Below the pieces are notes generated by a model, which was not told the origin of the DNA, searched no databases, and saw only the letters and a program-made list of their open reading frames with translations. The translations under genes were made by a program, and so were the position numbers. Shown one piece after another: positions 27,101 to 41,110 of a stretch of 64,000 nucleotides of DNA. The first letter of the stretch is position 1, and every line of letters starts with the position of its first letter. Origin of the DNA: Azolla caroliniana (Eukaryota > Plantae > Polypodiophyta); contig JBHGNT010000046.1 in assembly GCA_043228905.1 (NCBI GenBank), positions 142,789-206,788 on the forward strand, written 5' to 3'.

Positions 27101-30100
27101 AGGGCTCCTCCCAACTCACTCCTCAAATTTGCTAATTTCGTCATGTCTCTCGACCTGAGTTTCAAAATCTTGATTTTTTAATTCCATATCATAGCTAGCG
27201 TTGTTAGCTTCGATTCGCATGTTTGAACACAAAAATCCGATATCACACTCGCCACGTATGAACATTTTAATTTTCCTACTCTCTCTTCCCAACTCACTCC
27301 GCAAATTTGGTAATTTCGTCATGTCTCTCGACCTGAGTTTCCAAATCTTGATTTTTTCAGACAATATCATAGCTAGCGTTGTTAGCTTCGATTTGCATGT
27401 TTGAGCACAAAAATTCGATATCACACGAGCCAGGTATGAACATTTTAATTTACTCAAGGGCTCCTCTCAACTCACTCCTCAAATTTGGTAATTTCGTCAT
27501 GTCTCTCGACCTGAGTTTCAAAATCTTGATTTTTTAATTCTATATCATAGCTAGCGTTGTTAGCTTCGATTCGCATGTTTGACCACAAAAATCCGATATC
27601 ACACGAGCCAGGTATGAACATTGTATTTTATTCAAGGGCTCCTCTCATCTCCCTCCTAAAATTTAGTAATTTCATCATGTCTTTCGACCTGAGTTTCAAA
27701 ATCTTGATTTTTTAATTCCATATGATAGCTAGCGTTGTTAGCTTCGATTCGCATGTTTGCACACAAAAATCCGATATCACACGAGCCAGGTATGAACATT
27801 TTAATTTACTCAAGGGCTCCTCCCAACTCACTCCTCAAATTTGGTAATTTCGTCATGTCTCTCGACCTGAGTTTCAAAATCTTGATTTTTTAATTCCATA
27901 TCATAGCTAGCGTTGTTAGCTTCGATTCGCATGTTTGAACACAAAAATCCGATATCACACTCGCCAGGTATGAACATTTTAATTTACCTCCAAGCTATTC
28001 TCAACTCACTCGTCAAATTTGGTAATTTCATCATGTCTTTCGACCTGAGTTTCAAAATCTCGATTTTTTAATTCCATATCATAGCTAGTGTTGTTAGCTT
28101 CGATTCGCATGTTTGATCACAAAAATCCGATATCACACTCGCCACGTATGAACATTTTAATTTTCCTACTAGGTCTTCCCAACTCACTCCTCAAATTTGG
28201 TAATTTCGTCATGTCTCTCGACCTGAGTTTCCAAATCTTAATTTTTTAATTCCATATCATAGGTAGCGTTGTTAGCTTCGATTCGCATGTTTGACCACAA
28301 AAATCCGATATCACACGAGCCAGGTATGAACATTGTATTTTACTCAAGGGCTCCTCTCAACTCCCTCCTAAAATTTGGTAATTTCATCATGTCTCTGGAC
28401 CTGAGTTTCAATATCTTGATTTTTTAATTCCATATCATAGCTAGCGTTGTTAGCTTCGATTCGCAGGTTTGAACACAAAAATCCGATATCACACGAGCCA
28501 GGTATGAACATTTTAATTTACTCAAGGGCTCCTCCGAACTCACTCGTCAAATTTGGTAATTTCATCATGTCTCTCGACCTGAGTTTCAAAATCTTGATTT
28601 TTTAATTCCATATCATAGCTAGCGTTGTTAGCTTCGATTCGCATGTTTGAACACAAAAATCCGATATCACACTCGCCACGTATGAACATTTTAATTTTCC
28701 TACTAGCTCTTCCCAACTCACTCCGCAAATTTGGTAATTTCGTCATGTCTCTCGACCTGAGTTTCCAAATCTTGATTTTTTCATACAATATCATAGCTAG
28801 CGTTGTTAGCTTCGATTTGCATGTTTGAGCACAAAAATTCGATATCACACGAGCCAGGTATGAACATTTTAATTTACTCAAGGGCTCCTCTCAACTCACT
28901 CCTGAAATTTGGTAATTTCATCATGTCTCTCGACCTGAGTTTCAAAATCTTGATTTTTTAATTCCATATCATAGCTAGCATTGTTAGCTTCGATTCGCAT
29001 GTTTGAACACAAGAATACGATATTACACGAGCCAGGTATGAACATTGTATTTTACTCAAGGGCTCCTCTCAACTCCCTCCTAAAATTTGCTAATTTCGTC
29101 ATGTCTCTCGACCTGAGTTTCAAAATCTTGATTTTTTAATTCCATATCATAGCTAGCGTTGTTAGCTTCGATTCGCATGTTTGAACACAAAAATCCGATA
29201 TCACACTCGCCAGGTATGAACATTTTAATTTACTCAAGGGCTCCTCTCAACTCACTCCTCAAATTTGCTAATTTCGTCATGTCTCTCGACCTGAGTTTCA
29301 AAATCTTGATTTTTTAATTCCATATCATAGCTAGCGTTGTTAGCTTCGATTCGCATGTTTGAACACGAAAATCCGATATCACACGAGCCAGGTATGAACA
29401 TTTTCATTTACTCAAGGGCTCCTCTCAACTCACTCCTCAAATTTGCTAATTTCGTCATGTCTCTCGACCTGAGTTTCAAAATCTTGATTTTTTAATTCCA
29501 TATCATAGCTAGCGTTGTTAGCTTCGATTCGCATGTTTGAACACAAAAATCCGATATCACACTCGCCACGTATGAACATTTTAATTTTCCTACTAGCTCT
29601 TCCCAACTCACTCCTCAAATTTGGTAATTTCGTCATGTCTCTCGACCTGAGTTTCCAAATCTTACTTTTTTCATACCATATCATAGCTAGCGTTGTTAGC
29701 TTCGATTCGCATGTTTGAGCACAAAAATTCGATATCACAGGAGCCAGGTATGAACATTTTCATTTACTCAAGGGCTCCTCTCAACTCACTCCTCAAATTT
29801 GGTAATTTCGTCATGTCTCTCGACCTGAGTTTCAAAATCTTGATTTTTTAATTCCATATCATAGCTAGCGTTGTTAGCTTCGATTCGCATGTTTGAGCAC
29901 AAAAATACGATATCACAAGAGCCAGGTATGAACATTTTAATTTACCCAAGGGCTCCTCTCAACTCACTCCTCTAATTTGGTAATTTCGTCATGTCTCTGG
30001 ACCTGAGTTTCAATATCTTCATTTTTTAATTCCATATCATAGCTAGCGTTGTTAGCTTCGATTCGCATGTTTGAACACAAAAATCCGATATCACACGAGC

Positions 30101-33100
30101 CACGTATGAACATTTTAATTTACTTCCCAGCTATTCTCAACTCACTCGTCAAATTTGGTAATTTCGTCATGTCTCTCGACCTGAGTTTCAAAATCTTGAT
30201 TTTTTAATTCAATATCATAGCTAGCGTTGTTAGCTTCGATTCGCATGTTTGAACACAAATATCCGATATCACACGAGCCAGGTATGAACATTTTAATTTA
30301 CTCAAGGGCTCCTTTCAACTCACTCCTGAAATTTGGTAATTTCATCATGTCTCTCGACCTGAGTTTCAAAATCTTGATTTTTTAATTCCATATCATAGCT
30401 AGCATTGTTAGCTTCGATTCGCATGTTTGAACACAAGAATACGATATTACACGAGCCAGGTATGAACATTGTATTTTACTCAAGGGCTCCTCTCAACTCC
30501 CTCCTAAAATTTGCTAATTTCGTCATGTCTCTCGACCTGAGTTTCAAAATCTTGATTTTTTAATTCCATATCATAGCTAGCGTTGTTAGCTTCGATTCGC
30601 ATGTTTGAACACAAAAATCCGATATCACACTCGCCAGGTATGAACATTTTAATTTACTCAAGGGCTCCTCTCAACTCACTCCTCAAATTTGCTAATTTCG
30701 TCATGTCTCTCGACCTGAGTTTCAATATCTTGATTTTTTAATTCCATATCATAGCTAGCGTTGTTAGCTTCGATTCGCATGTTTGAACACGAAAATCCGA
30801 TATCACACGAGCCAGGTATGAACATTTTCATTTACTCAAGGGCTCCTCTCAACTCACTCCTCAAATTTGCTAATTTCGTCATGTCTCTCGACCTGAGTTT
30901 CAAAATCTTGATTTTTTAATTCCATATCATAGCTAGCGTTGTTAGCTTCGATTCGCATGTTTGAACACAAAAATCCGATATCACACTCGCCACGTATGAA
31001 CATTTTAATTTTCCTACTAGCTCTTCCCAACTCACTCCTCAAATTTGGTAATTTCGTCATGTCTCTCGACCTGAGTTTCCAAATCTTACTTTTTTCATAC
31101 CATATCATAGCTAGCGTTGTTAGCTTCGATTCGCATGTTTGAGCACAAAAATTCGATATCACAGGAGCCAGGTATGAACATTTTCATTTACTCAAGGGCT
31201 CCTCTCAACTCACTCCTCAAATTTGGTAATTTCGTCATGTCTCTCGACCTGAGTTTCAAAATCTTGATTTTTTAATTCCATATCATAGCTAGCGTTGTTA
31301 GCTTCGATTCGCATGTTTGAGCACAAAAATACGATATCACAAGAGCCAGGTATGAACATTTTAATTTACCCAAGGGCTCCTCTCAACTCACTCCTCTAAT
31401 TTGGTAATTTCGTCATGTCTCTGGACCTGAGTTTCAATATCTTCATTTTTTAATTCCATATCATAGCTAGCGTTGTTAGCTTCGATTCGCATGTTTGAAC
31501 ACAAAAATCCGATATCACACGAGCCAGGTATAAAAATTTTAATTTACTCAAGGGCTCCTCCCAACTCACTCCTCAAATTTGGTAATTTCGTCATGTCTCT
31601 CGACCTGAGTTTCAAAATCTTGATTTTTTAATTCCATATCATAGCTAGCGTTGTTAGCTTCGATTCGCATGTTTGAACACAAAAATCCGATATCACACTC
31701 GCCAGGTATGAACATTTTAATTTTCCTACTAGCTCTTCCCAACTCACTCCGCAAATTTGGTAATTTCGTCATGTCTCTCGACCTGAGTTTCCAAATCTTG
31801 ATTTTTTCATACAATATCATAGCTAGCGTTGTTAGCTTCGATTTGCATGTTTGAGCACAAAAATTCGATATCACACGAGCCAGGTATGAACATTTTAATT
31901 TACTCAAGGGCTCCTCTCAACTCACTCCTGAAATTTGGTAATTTCATCATGTCTCTCGACCTGAGTTTCAAAATCTTGATTTTTTAATTCCATATCATAG
32001 CTAGCATTGTTAGCTTCGATTCGCATGTTTGAACAGAAAAATCCGATATTACACGAGCCAGGTATGAACATTGTATTTTACTCAAGGGCTCCTCTCAACT
32101 CCCTCCTAAAATTTGGTAATTTCATCATGTCTTTCGACCTGAGTTTCAAAATCTCGATTTTTTAATTCCATATCATAGCTAGTGTTGTTAGCTTCGATTC
32201 GCATGTTTGACCACAAAAATCCGATATCACACGAGCCACGTATGAACATTTTAATTTACTTCCCAGCTATTCTCAACTCACTCGTCAAATTTGGTAATTT
32301 CGTCATGTCTCTCGACCTGAGTTTCAAAATCTTGATTTTTTAATTCAATATCATAGCTAGCGTTGTTAGCTTCGATTCGCATGTTTGAACACAAAAATCC
32401 GATATCACACGAGCCAGGTATGAACATTTTAATTTACTCAAGGGCTCCTTTCAACTCAGTCCTGAAATTTGGTAATTTCATCATGTCTCTCGACCTGAGT
32501 TTCAAAATCTTGATTTTTTAATTCCATATCATAGCTAGCGTTGTTAGCTTCGATTCGCATGTTTGAACACAAGAATACGATATTACACGAGCCAGGTATG
32601 AACATTGTATTTTACTCAAGGGCTCCTCTCAACTCCCTCCTAAAATTTGGTAATTTCGTCATGTCTCTGGACCTGAGCTTCAAAATCTTGATTTTTTAAT
32701 TCCATATCATAGCTAGCGTTGTTAGCTTCGATTCGCATGTTTGAACCCAAAAATCCGATATCACACTCGCCAGGTATGAACATTTTACTTTACTCAAGGG
32801 CTCCTCCCAACTCACTTCTCAAATTTGGTAATTTCGTCATGTCTCTCGACCTGAGTTTCAAAATCTTGATTTTTTAATTCCATATCATAGCTAGCGTTGT
32901 TAGCTTCGATTCGCATGTTTGAACACAAAAATCCGATATCACACTCGCCGGGTATGAACATTTTAATTTTCCTACTAGCTCTTCCCAACTCACTCCGCAA
33001 ATTTGGTAATTTCGTCATGTCTCTCGACCTGAGTTTCCAAATCTTGATTTTTTCATACCATATCATAGCTAGCGTTGTTAGCTTCGATTTGCATGTTTGA

Positions 33101-35140
33101 GCACAAAAATTCGATATCACACGAGCTAGGTATGAACATTTTAATTTACTCAAGGGCTCCTCTCAACTCACTCCTCAAATTTGGTAATTTCGTCATGTCT
33201 CTCGACCTGAGTTTCAAAATCTTGATTTTTTAAATCTATATCATAGCTAGCGTTGTTAGCTTCGATTCGCATGTTTGACCACAAAAATCCGATATCACAC
33301 GAGCAACGTATGAACATTTTGTTTTACTCAAGGGCTCTTCTCAACTCCCTCCTCATGTTTGGTAATTTCGTCCTGTCTCTCGACCTGAGTGTCAAAATCT
33401 TGATTTTTTAATTCCATATTATAGCTAGCGCTGTTAGCTTCGATTCGCATGTTTGAACACAAAAATCCGATATCACACGAGCCAGGTATGAACATTTTAA
33501 TTTACTCAAGGGCTCCTCCCAACTCACTCGTCAAATTTTGTAATTTCGTCATGTCTCTCGACCTGAGTTTCATAATCTTGATTTTTTAATTCCATATCAT
33601 AGCTAGCGTTGTTAGCTTCGATTCGCATGTTTGAACAGAAAAATCCGATATTACACGAGCCAGGTATGAGCATTGTATTTTACTCAAGGGCTCTTCTCAA
33701 CTCCCTCCTCATGTTTGGTAGTTTCGTCATGTCTCTCGACCTGAGTTTCAAAATCTTGATTTTTTAATTCCATATCATAGCTAGCGCTGTTAGCTTCGAT
33801 TCGCATGTTTGAACACAAAAATCCGATATCACACGAGAAAGGTATGAACATTTTGTTTTACTCAAGGGCTCTTCTCAACTCCCTCCTCATGTTTGGTAAT
33901 TTCGTCATGTCTTTCGACCTGAGTTTCAAAATCTCGATTTTTTAATTCCATATCATAGCTAGTGTTGTTAGCTTCGATTCGCATGTTTGACCACAAAAAG
34001 CCGATATCACACGAGCCATGTATGAACATTTTAATTTACCTCCAAGCTACTCTCAACTCCCTCCTAAAATTTGGTATTTTCATCATGTCTTTCGACCTGA
34101 GTTTCAAAATCTTGATTTTTTAATTCCATATCATAGGTAGCGCTGTTAGCTTCGATTCGCATGTTTGATCACAAAAATCCGATATCACACGAGCCAGGTA
34201 TGAACATTTTAATTTTCCTACTAGCTCTTCCCAACTCACTCCTCAAATTTGGTAATTTCGTCATGTCTCTCGACCTGAGTTTCCAAATCTTGATTTTTTC
34301 ATACCATATCATAGCTAGCGTTGTTAGCTTCGATTTGCATGTTTGAGCACAAAAATTCGATATCACACGAGCTAGGTATGAACATTTTAATTTACTCAAG
34401 GGCTCCTCCGAACTCACTCGTCAAATTTGGTAATTTTGTCATGTCTCTCGACTGAATTTCATAATCTTGATTTTTTAATTCCATATCATAGCTAGCGTTG
34501 TTAGCTTCGATTCGCATGTTTGAACACAAAAATCCGATATCACACTCGCCAGGTATGAACATTTTCATTTTCCTACTAGCTCTTCCCAACTCACTCCTCA
34601 AATTTGGTAATTTCGTCATGTCTCTCGACCTGAGTTTCCAAATCTTAATTTTTTCATACCATATCATAGCTAGCGTTGTTAGCTTCGATTCGCATGTTTG
34701 AGCACAAAAATCCGATATGACACGAGCCAGGTATGAACATTTTAATTTACTCAAGGGCTCCTCCCAATTCACTCCTCAAATTTGCTAATTTCGTCAGGTC
34801 TCTCGACCTGAGTTTCATAATCTTGATTTTTTAATTCCATATCATAGCTAGCGTTGTTAGCTTCGATTCGCATGTTTGAACAGAAAAATCCGATATTACA
34901 CGAGCCAGGTATGAGCATTGTATTTTACTCAAGGGCTCTTCTCAACTCCCTCCTCATGTTTGGTAGTTTCGTCATGTCTCTCGACCTGAGTTTCAAAATC
35001 TTGATTTTTTAATTCCATATCATAGCTAGCGCTGTTAGCTTCGATTCGCATGTTTGAACACAAAAATCCGATATCACACGAGCAAGGTATGAACATTTTG
35101 TTTTACTCAAGGGCTCTTCTCAACTCCCTCCTCATGTTTG
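18765..35140. repeat. 46-monomer (8187 bp) tandem duplication
   Basis: Markers 18929, 20353, 21243, 22667, 23379, 24625, 25974, 26205 recur at +8187 (46 x 178 - 1, matching the 1-bp deletion tcgactgaat). The junction is at ~26950-26962. Confidence 0.92.
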
Positions 35141-35960
35141 GTAATTTCGTCATGTCTTTCGACCTGAGTTTCAAAATCTCGATTTTTTAATTCCATATCA
35201 TAGCTAGTGTTGTTAGCTTCGATTCGCATGTTTGACCACAAAAATCCGATATCACACGAGCCACGTATGAACATTTTAATTTACCTCCAAGCTACTCTCA
35301 ACTCCCTCCTAAAATTTGGTAATTTCATCATGTCTTTCGACCTGAGTTTCAAAATCTTGATTTTTTAATTCCATATCATAGGTAGCGCTGTTAGCTTCGA
35401 TTCGCATGTTTGATCACAAAAATCCGATATCACACGAGCCAGGTATGAACATTTTAATTTTCCTACTAGCTCTTCCCAACTCACTCCGCAAATTTGGTAA
35501 TTTCGTCATGTCTCTCGACCTGAGTTTCCAAATCTTGATTTTTTCATACCATATCATAGCTAGCGTTGTTAGCTTCGATTTGCATGTTTGAGCACAAAAA
35601 TTCGATATCACACGAGCTAGGTATGAACATTTTAATTTACTCAAGGGCTCCTCCGAACTCACTCGTCAAATTTGGTAATTTTGTCATGTCTCTCGACTGA
35701 ATTTCATAATCTTGATTTTTTAATTCCATATCATAGCTAGCGTTGTTAGCTTCGATTCGCATGTTTGAACACAAAAATCCGATATCACACTCGCCAGGTA
35801 TGAACATTTTCATTTTCCTACTAGCTCTTCCCAACTCACTCCTCAAATTTGGTAATTTCGTCATGTCTCTCGACCTGAGTTTCCAAATCTTAATTTTTTC
35901 ATACCATATCATAGCTAGCGTTGTTAGCTTCGATTCGCATGTTTGAGCACAAAAATTCGA
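33570..35960. repeat. 7-monomer (1245 bp) tandem duplication
   Basis: ORF markers 34161->35406 and 34392->35637. The gagcattgta motif and the 1-bp deletion repeat at +1245. Confidence 0.85.
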
Positions 35961-37909
35961 TATCACACGAGCCAGGTATGAACATTTTAATTTACTCAAG
36001 GGCTCCTCTCAACTCACTCCTCAAATTTGGTAATTTCGTCATGTCTCTCGACCTGAGTTTCAAAATCTTGATTTTTTAATTCCATATCATAGCTAACGTT
36101 GTTAGCTTCGATTCGCAAGTTTGAGCACAAAAATTCGATATCACACAAGCCAGGTATGAACATTTTAATTTACTCAAGGGCTCCTCTCAACTCACTCCTC
36201 TAATTTGGTAATTTCGTCATGTCTCTGGACCTGAGTTTCAATATCTTCATTTTTTAATTCCATATCATAGCTAGTGTTGTTAGCTTCGATTCGCATGTTT
36301 GAACACAAAAATCCGATATCACACGAGCCAGGTATGAACATTTTAATTTTCCTCCAAGCTACTCTCAACTCCCTCCTAAAATTTGGTAATTTCATCATGT
36401 CTCTCGACCTGAGTTTCAAAATCTTGATTTTTTAATTCCATATCATAGCTAGCGTTGTTAGCTTCGATTCGCATGTTTGAACACAAAAATCCGATATCAC
36501 ACGTGCAAGGTATGAACATTTTGTTTTACTCAAGGGCTCTTCTCAACGCCCTCCTCATGTTCGATATCACACTCGCCAGGTATGAACATTTTCATTTTCC
36601 TACTAGCTCTTCCCAACTCACTCCTCAAATTTGGTAATTTCGTCATGTCTCTCGACCTGAGTTTCCAAATATTAATTTTTTCATACCATATCATAGCTAG
36701 TGTTGTTAGCTTCGATTCGCCTTTTTGAGCACAAAAATCCGATATGACACGAGCCAGGTATGAACATTTTAATTTACTCAAGGGCTCCTCCCAATTCACT
36801 CCTCAAATTTGCTAATTTCGTCAGGTCTCTCGACCTGAGTTTCAAAATCTTGATTTTTTAATTCCATATCATAGCTAGCGCTGTTAGCTGCGATTCGCAT
36901 GTTTGAACACAAAAATCCGATATCACACGAGCAAGGTATGAACATTTTCATTTTCCTACTAGCTCTTCCCAACTCACTCCTCAAATTTGGTAATTTCGTC
37001 ATGTCTCTCGACCTGAGTTTCCAAATCTTAATTTTTTCATACCATATCATAGCTAGCGTTGTTAGCTTCGATTCGCATGTTTGAGCACAAAAATTCGATA
37101 TCACACGAGCCAGGTATGAACATTTTAATTTACTCAAGGGCTCCTCTCAACTCACTCCTGAAATTTGCTAATTTCGTCATGTCTCTCGACCTGAGTTTCC
37201 AAATCTTGATTTTTTAATTCCATATCATAGCTAGCGTTGTTAGCTTCGATTCGCTTGTTTGAGGACAAAAATCCGATATCACACGACCCAGGTATGAACA
37301 TTTTAATTTACTCAAGGGCTCCTCTCAACTCACTCCTCAAATTTGCTAATTTCGTCATGTCTCTCGACCTGAGTTTCAAAATCTTGATTTTTTAATTCCA
37401 TATCATAGCTAGCGTTGTTAGCTTCGATTCGCATGTTTGAGCACAAAAATCCGATATCACACGAGCCACGTATGAACATTTTAATTTTCCTACTAGCTCT
37501 TCCCAACTCACTCCTCAAATTTGGTAATTTCGTCATGTCTCTCGACCTGAGTTTCAAAATCTTGATTTTTTAATTCCATATCATAGCTAGCGCTGTTAGC
37601 TTCGATTCGCATGTTTGAACACAAAAATCCGATATCACACGAGCAAGGTATGAACATTTTGTTTTACTCAAGGGCTCCTCTCAACTCCCTCCTCTTGTTT
37701 GGTAATTTCGTCATGTCTCTCGACCTGAGTTTCAAAATCTTGATTTTTTAATTCCATATCATAGCTAGCGTTGTTAGCTTCGATTCGCATGTTTGAACAA
37801 AAGAATACGATATTACACGAGCCAGGTATGAACATTGTATTTTACTCAAGGCCTCCTCTCAACTCACTCCTCAAATTTGGTAATTTCATCATGTCTTTCG
37901 ACCTGAGTT

Positions 37910-40900
37910 TCAAAATCTTGATTTTTTAATTCCATATTATAGCTAGCGCTGTTAGCTTCGATTCGCATGTTTGAACACAAAAATCCGATATCACACGAGC
38001 CAGGTATGAACATTTTAATTTACTGAAGGGCTCCTCCCAACTCACTCGTCAAATTTTGTAATTTCGTCATGTCTCTCGACCTGAGTTTCATAATCTTGAT
38101 TTTTTAATTCCATATCATAGCTAGCGTTGTTAGCTTCGATTCGCATGTTTGAACACAAAATTCCGATATCACACGAGCTAGGTATGAACATTTTAATTTA
38201 CTCAAGGGCTCCTTTCAACTCACTCCTGAAATTTGGTAATTTCATCATGTCTCTCGACCTGAGTTTCAAAATCTTGATTTTTTAATTCCATATCATAGCT
38301 AGCGCTGTTAGCTTCGATTCGCATGTTTGAACACAAAAATCCGATATCACACGAGCAAGGTATGAACATTTTGTTTTACTCAAGGGCTCCTCTCAACTCC
38401 CTCCTAAAATTTGGTAATTTCATCATGTCTTTCGACCTGAGTTTCAAAATCTCGATTTTTTAATTCCATATCATAGCTAGTGTTGTTAGCTTCGATTCGC
38501 ATGTTTGACCACAAAAATCCGATATCACACGAGCCACGTATGAACATTTTAATTTACCTCCAAGCTACTCTCAACTCCCTCCTAAAATTTGGTAATTTCA
38601 TCATGTCTTTCGACCTGAGTTTCAAAATCTTGATTTTTTAATTCCATATCATAGGTAGCGCTGTTAGCTTCGATTCGCATGTTTGAACATAAAAATCCGA
38701 TATCACACGAGCCAGGTATGAACATTTTAATTTACTCAAGGGCTCCTCCGAACTCACTCGTGAAATTTGGTAATTTTGTCATGTCTCTCGACCTGAGTTT
38801 CATAATCTTGATTTTTTAATTCCATATCATAGCTAGCGTTGTTAGCTTCGATTCGCATGTTTGAACACAAAAATCTGATATCACACGAGCCAGGTATGAA
38901 CATTTTAATTTACTCAAGGGCTCCTCCCAACTCACTCCTCAAATTTGGTAATTTCGTCATGTCTCTCGACCTGAGTTTCCAAATCTTGATTTTTTAATTC
39001 CATATCATAGCTAGCGTTGTTAGCTTCGATTCGCATGTTTGAGCACAAAAATCCGATATCACACGACCCAGGTATGAACATTTTAATTTACTCAAGGGCT
39101 CCTCTGAACTCACTCAAATTTGCTAATTTCGTCATGTCTCTCGACCTGAGTTTCAAAATCTTGATTTTTTAATTCCATATCATAGCTAGCGTTGTTAGCT
39201 TCGATTCGCATGTTTGAACACAAAAATCCGATATCACACGAGCCAGGTATGAACATTTTAATTTACTCAAGGGCTCCTTTCAACTCACTCCTGAAATTTG
39301 GTAATTTTATCATGTCTCTCGACCTGAGTTTCAAAATCTTGATTTTTTAATTCCATATCATAGCTAGCGCTGTTAGCTGCGATTCGCATGTTTGAACACA
39401 AAAATCCGATATCACACGAGCAAGGTATGAACATTTTGTTTTACTCAAGGGCTCTTCTCAACTCCCTCCTCATGGTTGGTAATTTCGTCATGTCTCTCGA
39501 CCTGAGTGTCAAAATCTTGATTTTTTAATTCCATATTATAGCTAGCGCTGTTAGCTTCGATTCGCATGTTTGAACACAAAAATCCGATATCACACGAGCC
39601 AGGTATGAACATTTTAATTTACTGAAGGGCTCCTCCCAACTCACTCGTCAAATTTTGTAATTTCGTCATGTCTCTCGACCTGAGTTTCATAATCTTGATT
39701 TTTTAATTCCATATCATAGCTAGCGTTGTTAGCTTCGATTCGCATGTTTGAACACAAAATTCCGATATCACACGAGCCAGGTATGAACATTTTAATTTAC
39801 TCAAGGGCTCCTTTCAACTCACTCCTGAAATTTGGTAATTTCATCATGTCTCTCGACCTGAGTTTCAAAATCTTGATTTTTTAATTCCATATCATAGCTA
39901 GCGCTGTTAGCTTCGATTCGCATGTTTGAACACAAAAATCCGATATCACACGAGCAAGGTATGAACATTTTGTTTTACTCAAGGGCTCCTCTCAACTCCC
40001 TCCTAAAATTTGGTAATTTCATCATGTCTTTCGACCTGAGTTTCAAAATCTCGATTTTTTAATTCCATATCATAGCTAGTGTTGTTAGCTTCGATTCGCA
40101 TGTTTGACCACAAAAATCCGATATCACACGAGCCACGTATGAACATTTTAATTTCACTCCAAGCTACTCTCAACTCCCTCCTAAAATTTGGTAATTTCAT
40201 CATGTCTTTCGACCTGAGTTTCAAAATCTTGATTTTTTAATTCCATATCATAGGTAGCGCTGTTAGCTTCGATTCGCATGTTTGAACATAAAAATCCGAT
40301 ATCACACGAGCCAGGTATGAACATTTTAATTTACTCAAGGGCTCCTCCGAACTCACTCGTGAAATTTGGTAATTTTGTCATGTCTCTCGACCTGAGTTTC
40401 ATAATCTTGATTTTTTAATTCCATATCATAGCTAGCGTTGTTAGCTTCGATTCGCATGTTTGAACACAAAAATCTGATATCACACGACCCAGGTATGAAC
40501 ATTTTAATTTACTCAAGGGCTCCTCCCAACTCACTCCTCAAATTTGGTAATTTCGTCATGTCTCTCGACCTGAGTTTCCAAATCTTGATTTTTTAATTCC
40601 ATATCATTGCTAGCGTTGTTAGCTTCGATTCGCATGTTTGAGCACAAAAATCCGATATCACACGACCCAGGTATGAACATTTTAATTTACTCAAGGGCTC
40701 CTCTGAACTCACTCAAATTTGCTAATTTCGTCATGTCTCTCGACCTGAGTTTCAAAATCTTGATTTTTTAATTCCATATCATAGCTAGCGTTGTTAGCTT
40801 CGATTCGCATGTTTGAACACAAAAATCCGATATCACACGAGCCAGGTATGAACATTTTAATTTACTCAAGGGCTCCTTTCAACTCACTCCTGAAATTTGG

Positions 40901-41110
40901 TAATTTTATCATGTCTCTCGACCTGAGTTTCAAAATCTTGATTTTTTAATTCCATATCATAGCTAGCGCTGTTAGCTGCGATTCGCATGTTTGAACACAA
41001 AAATCCGATATCACACGAGCAAGGTATGAACATTTTGTTTTACTCAAGGGCTCTTCTCAACTCCCTCCTCATGTTTGGTAATTTCGTCATGTCTCTCGAC
41101 CTGAGTGTCA
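37910..41110. repeat. 9-monomer (1599 bp) tandem duplication
   Basis: actgaagggc at 38022 and 39621. The 3-bp-deleted monomer ctctgaactcactcaaattt is at ~39102 and ~40701 (9 x 178 - 3). Confidence 0.85.

Larger units (their letters stand above)
1..37510. repeat. Satellite domain 1: homogeneous, mixed type-A (tttactcaagggctcct) and type-B (ttttcctactagctcttccc) monomers with large nested HORs
   Basis: Type-B monomers, usually linked to ttccaaatc and ttttcatac, recur every few monomers, the last at ~37490. Phase is exact up to ~26265. Confidence 0.85.
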
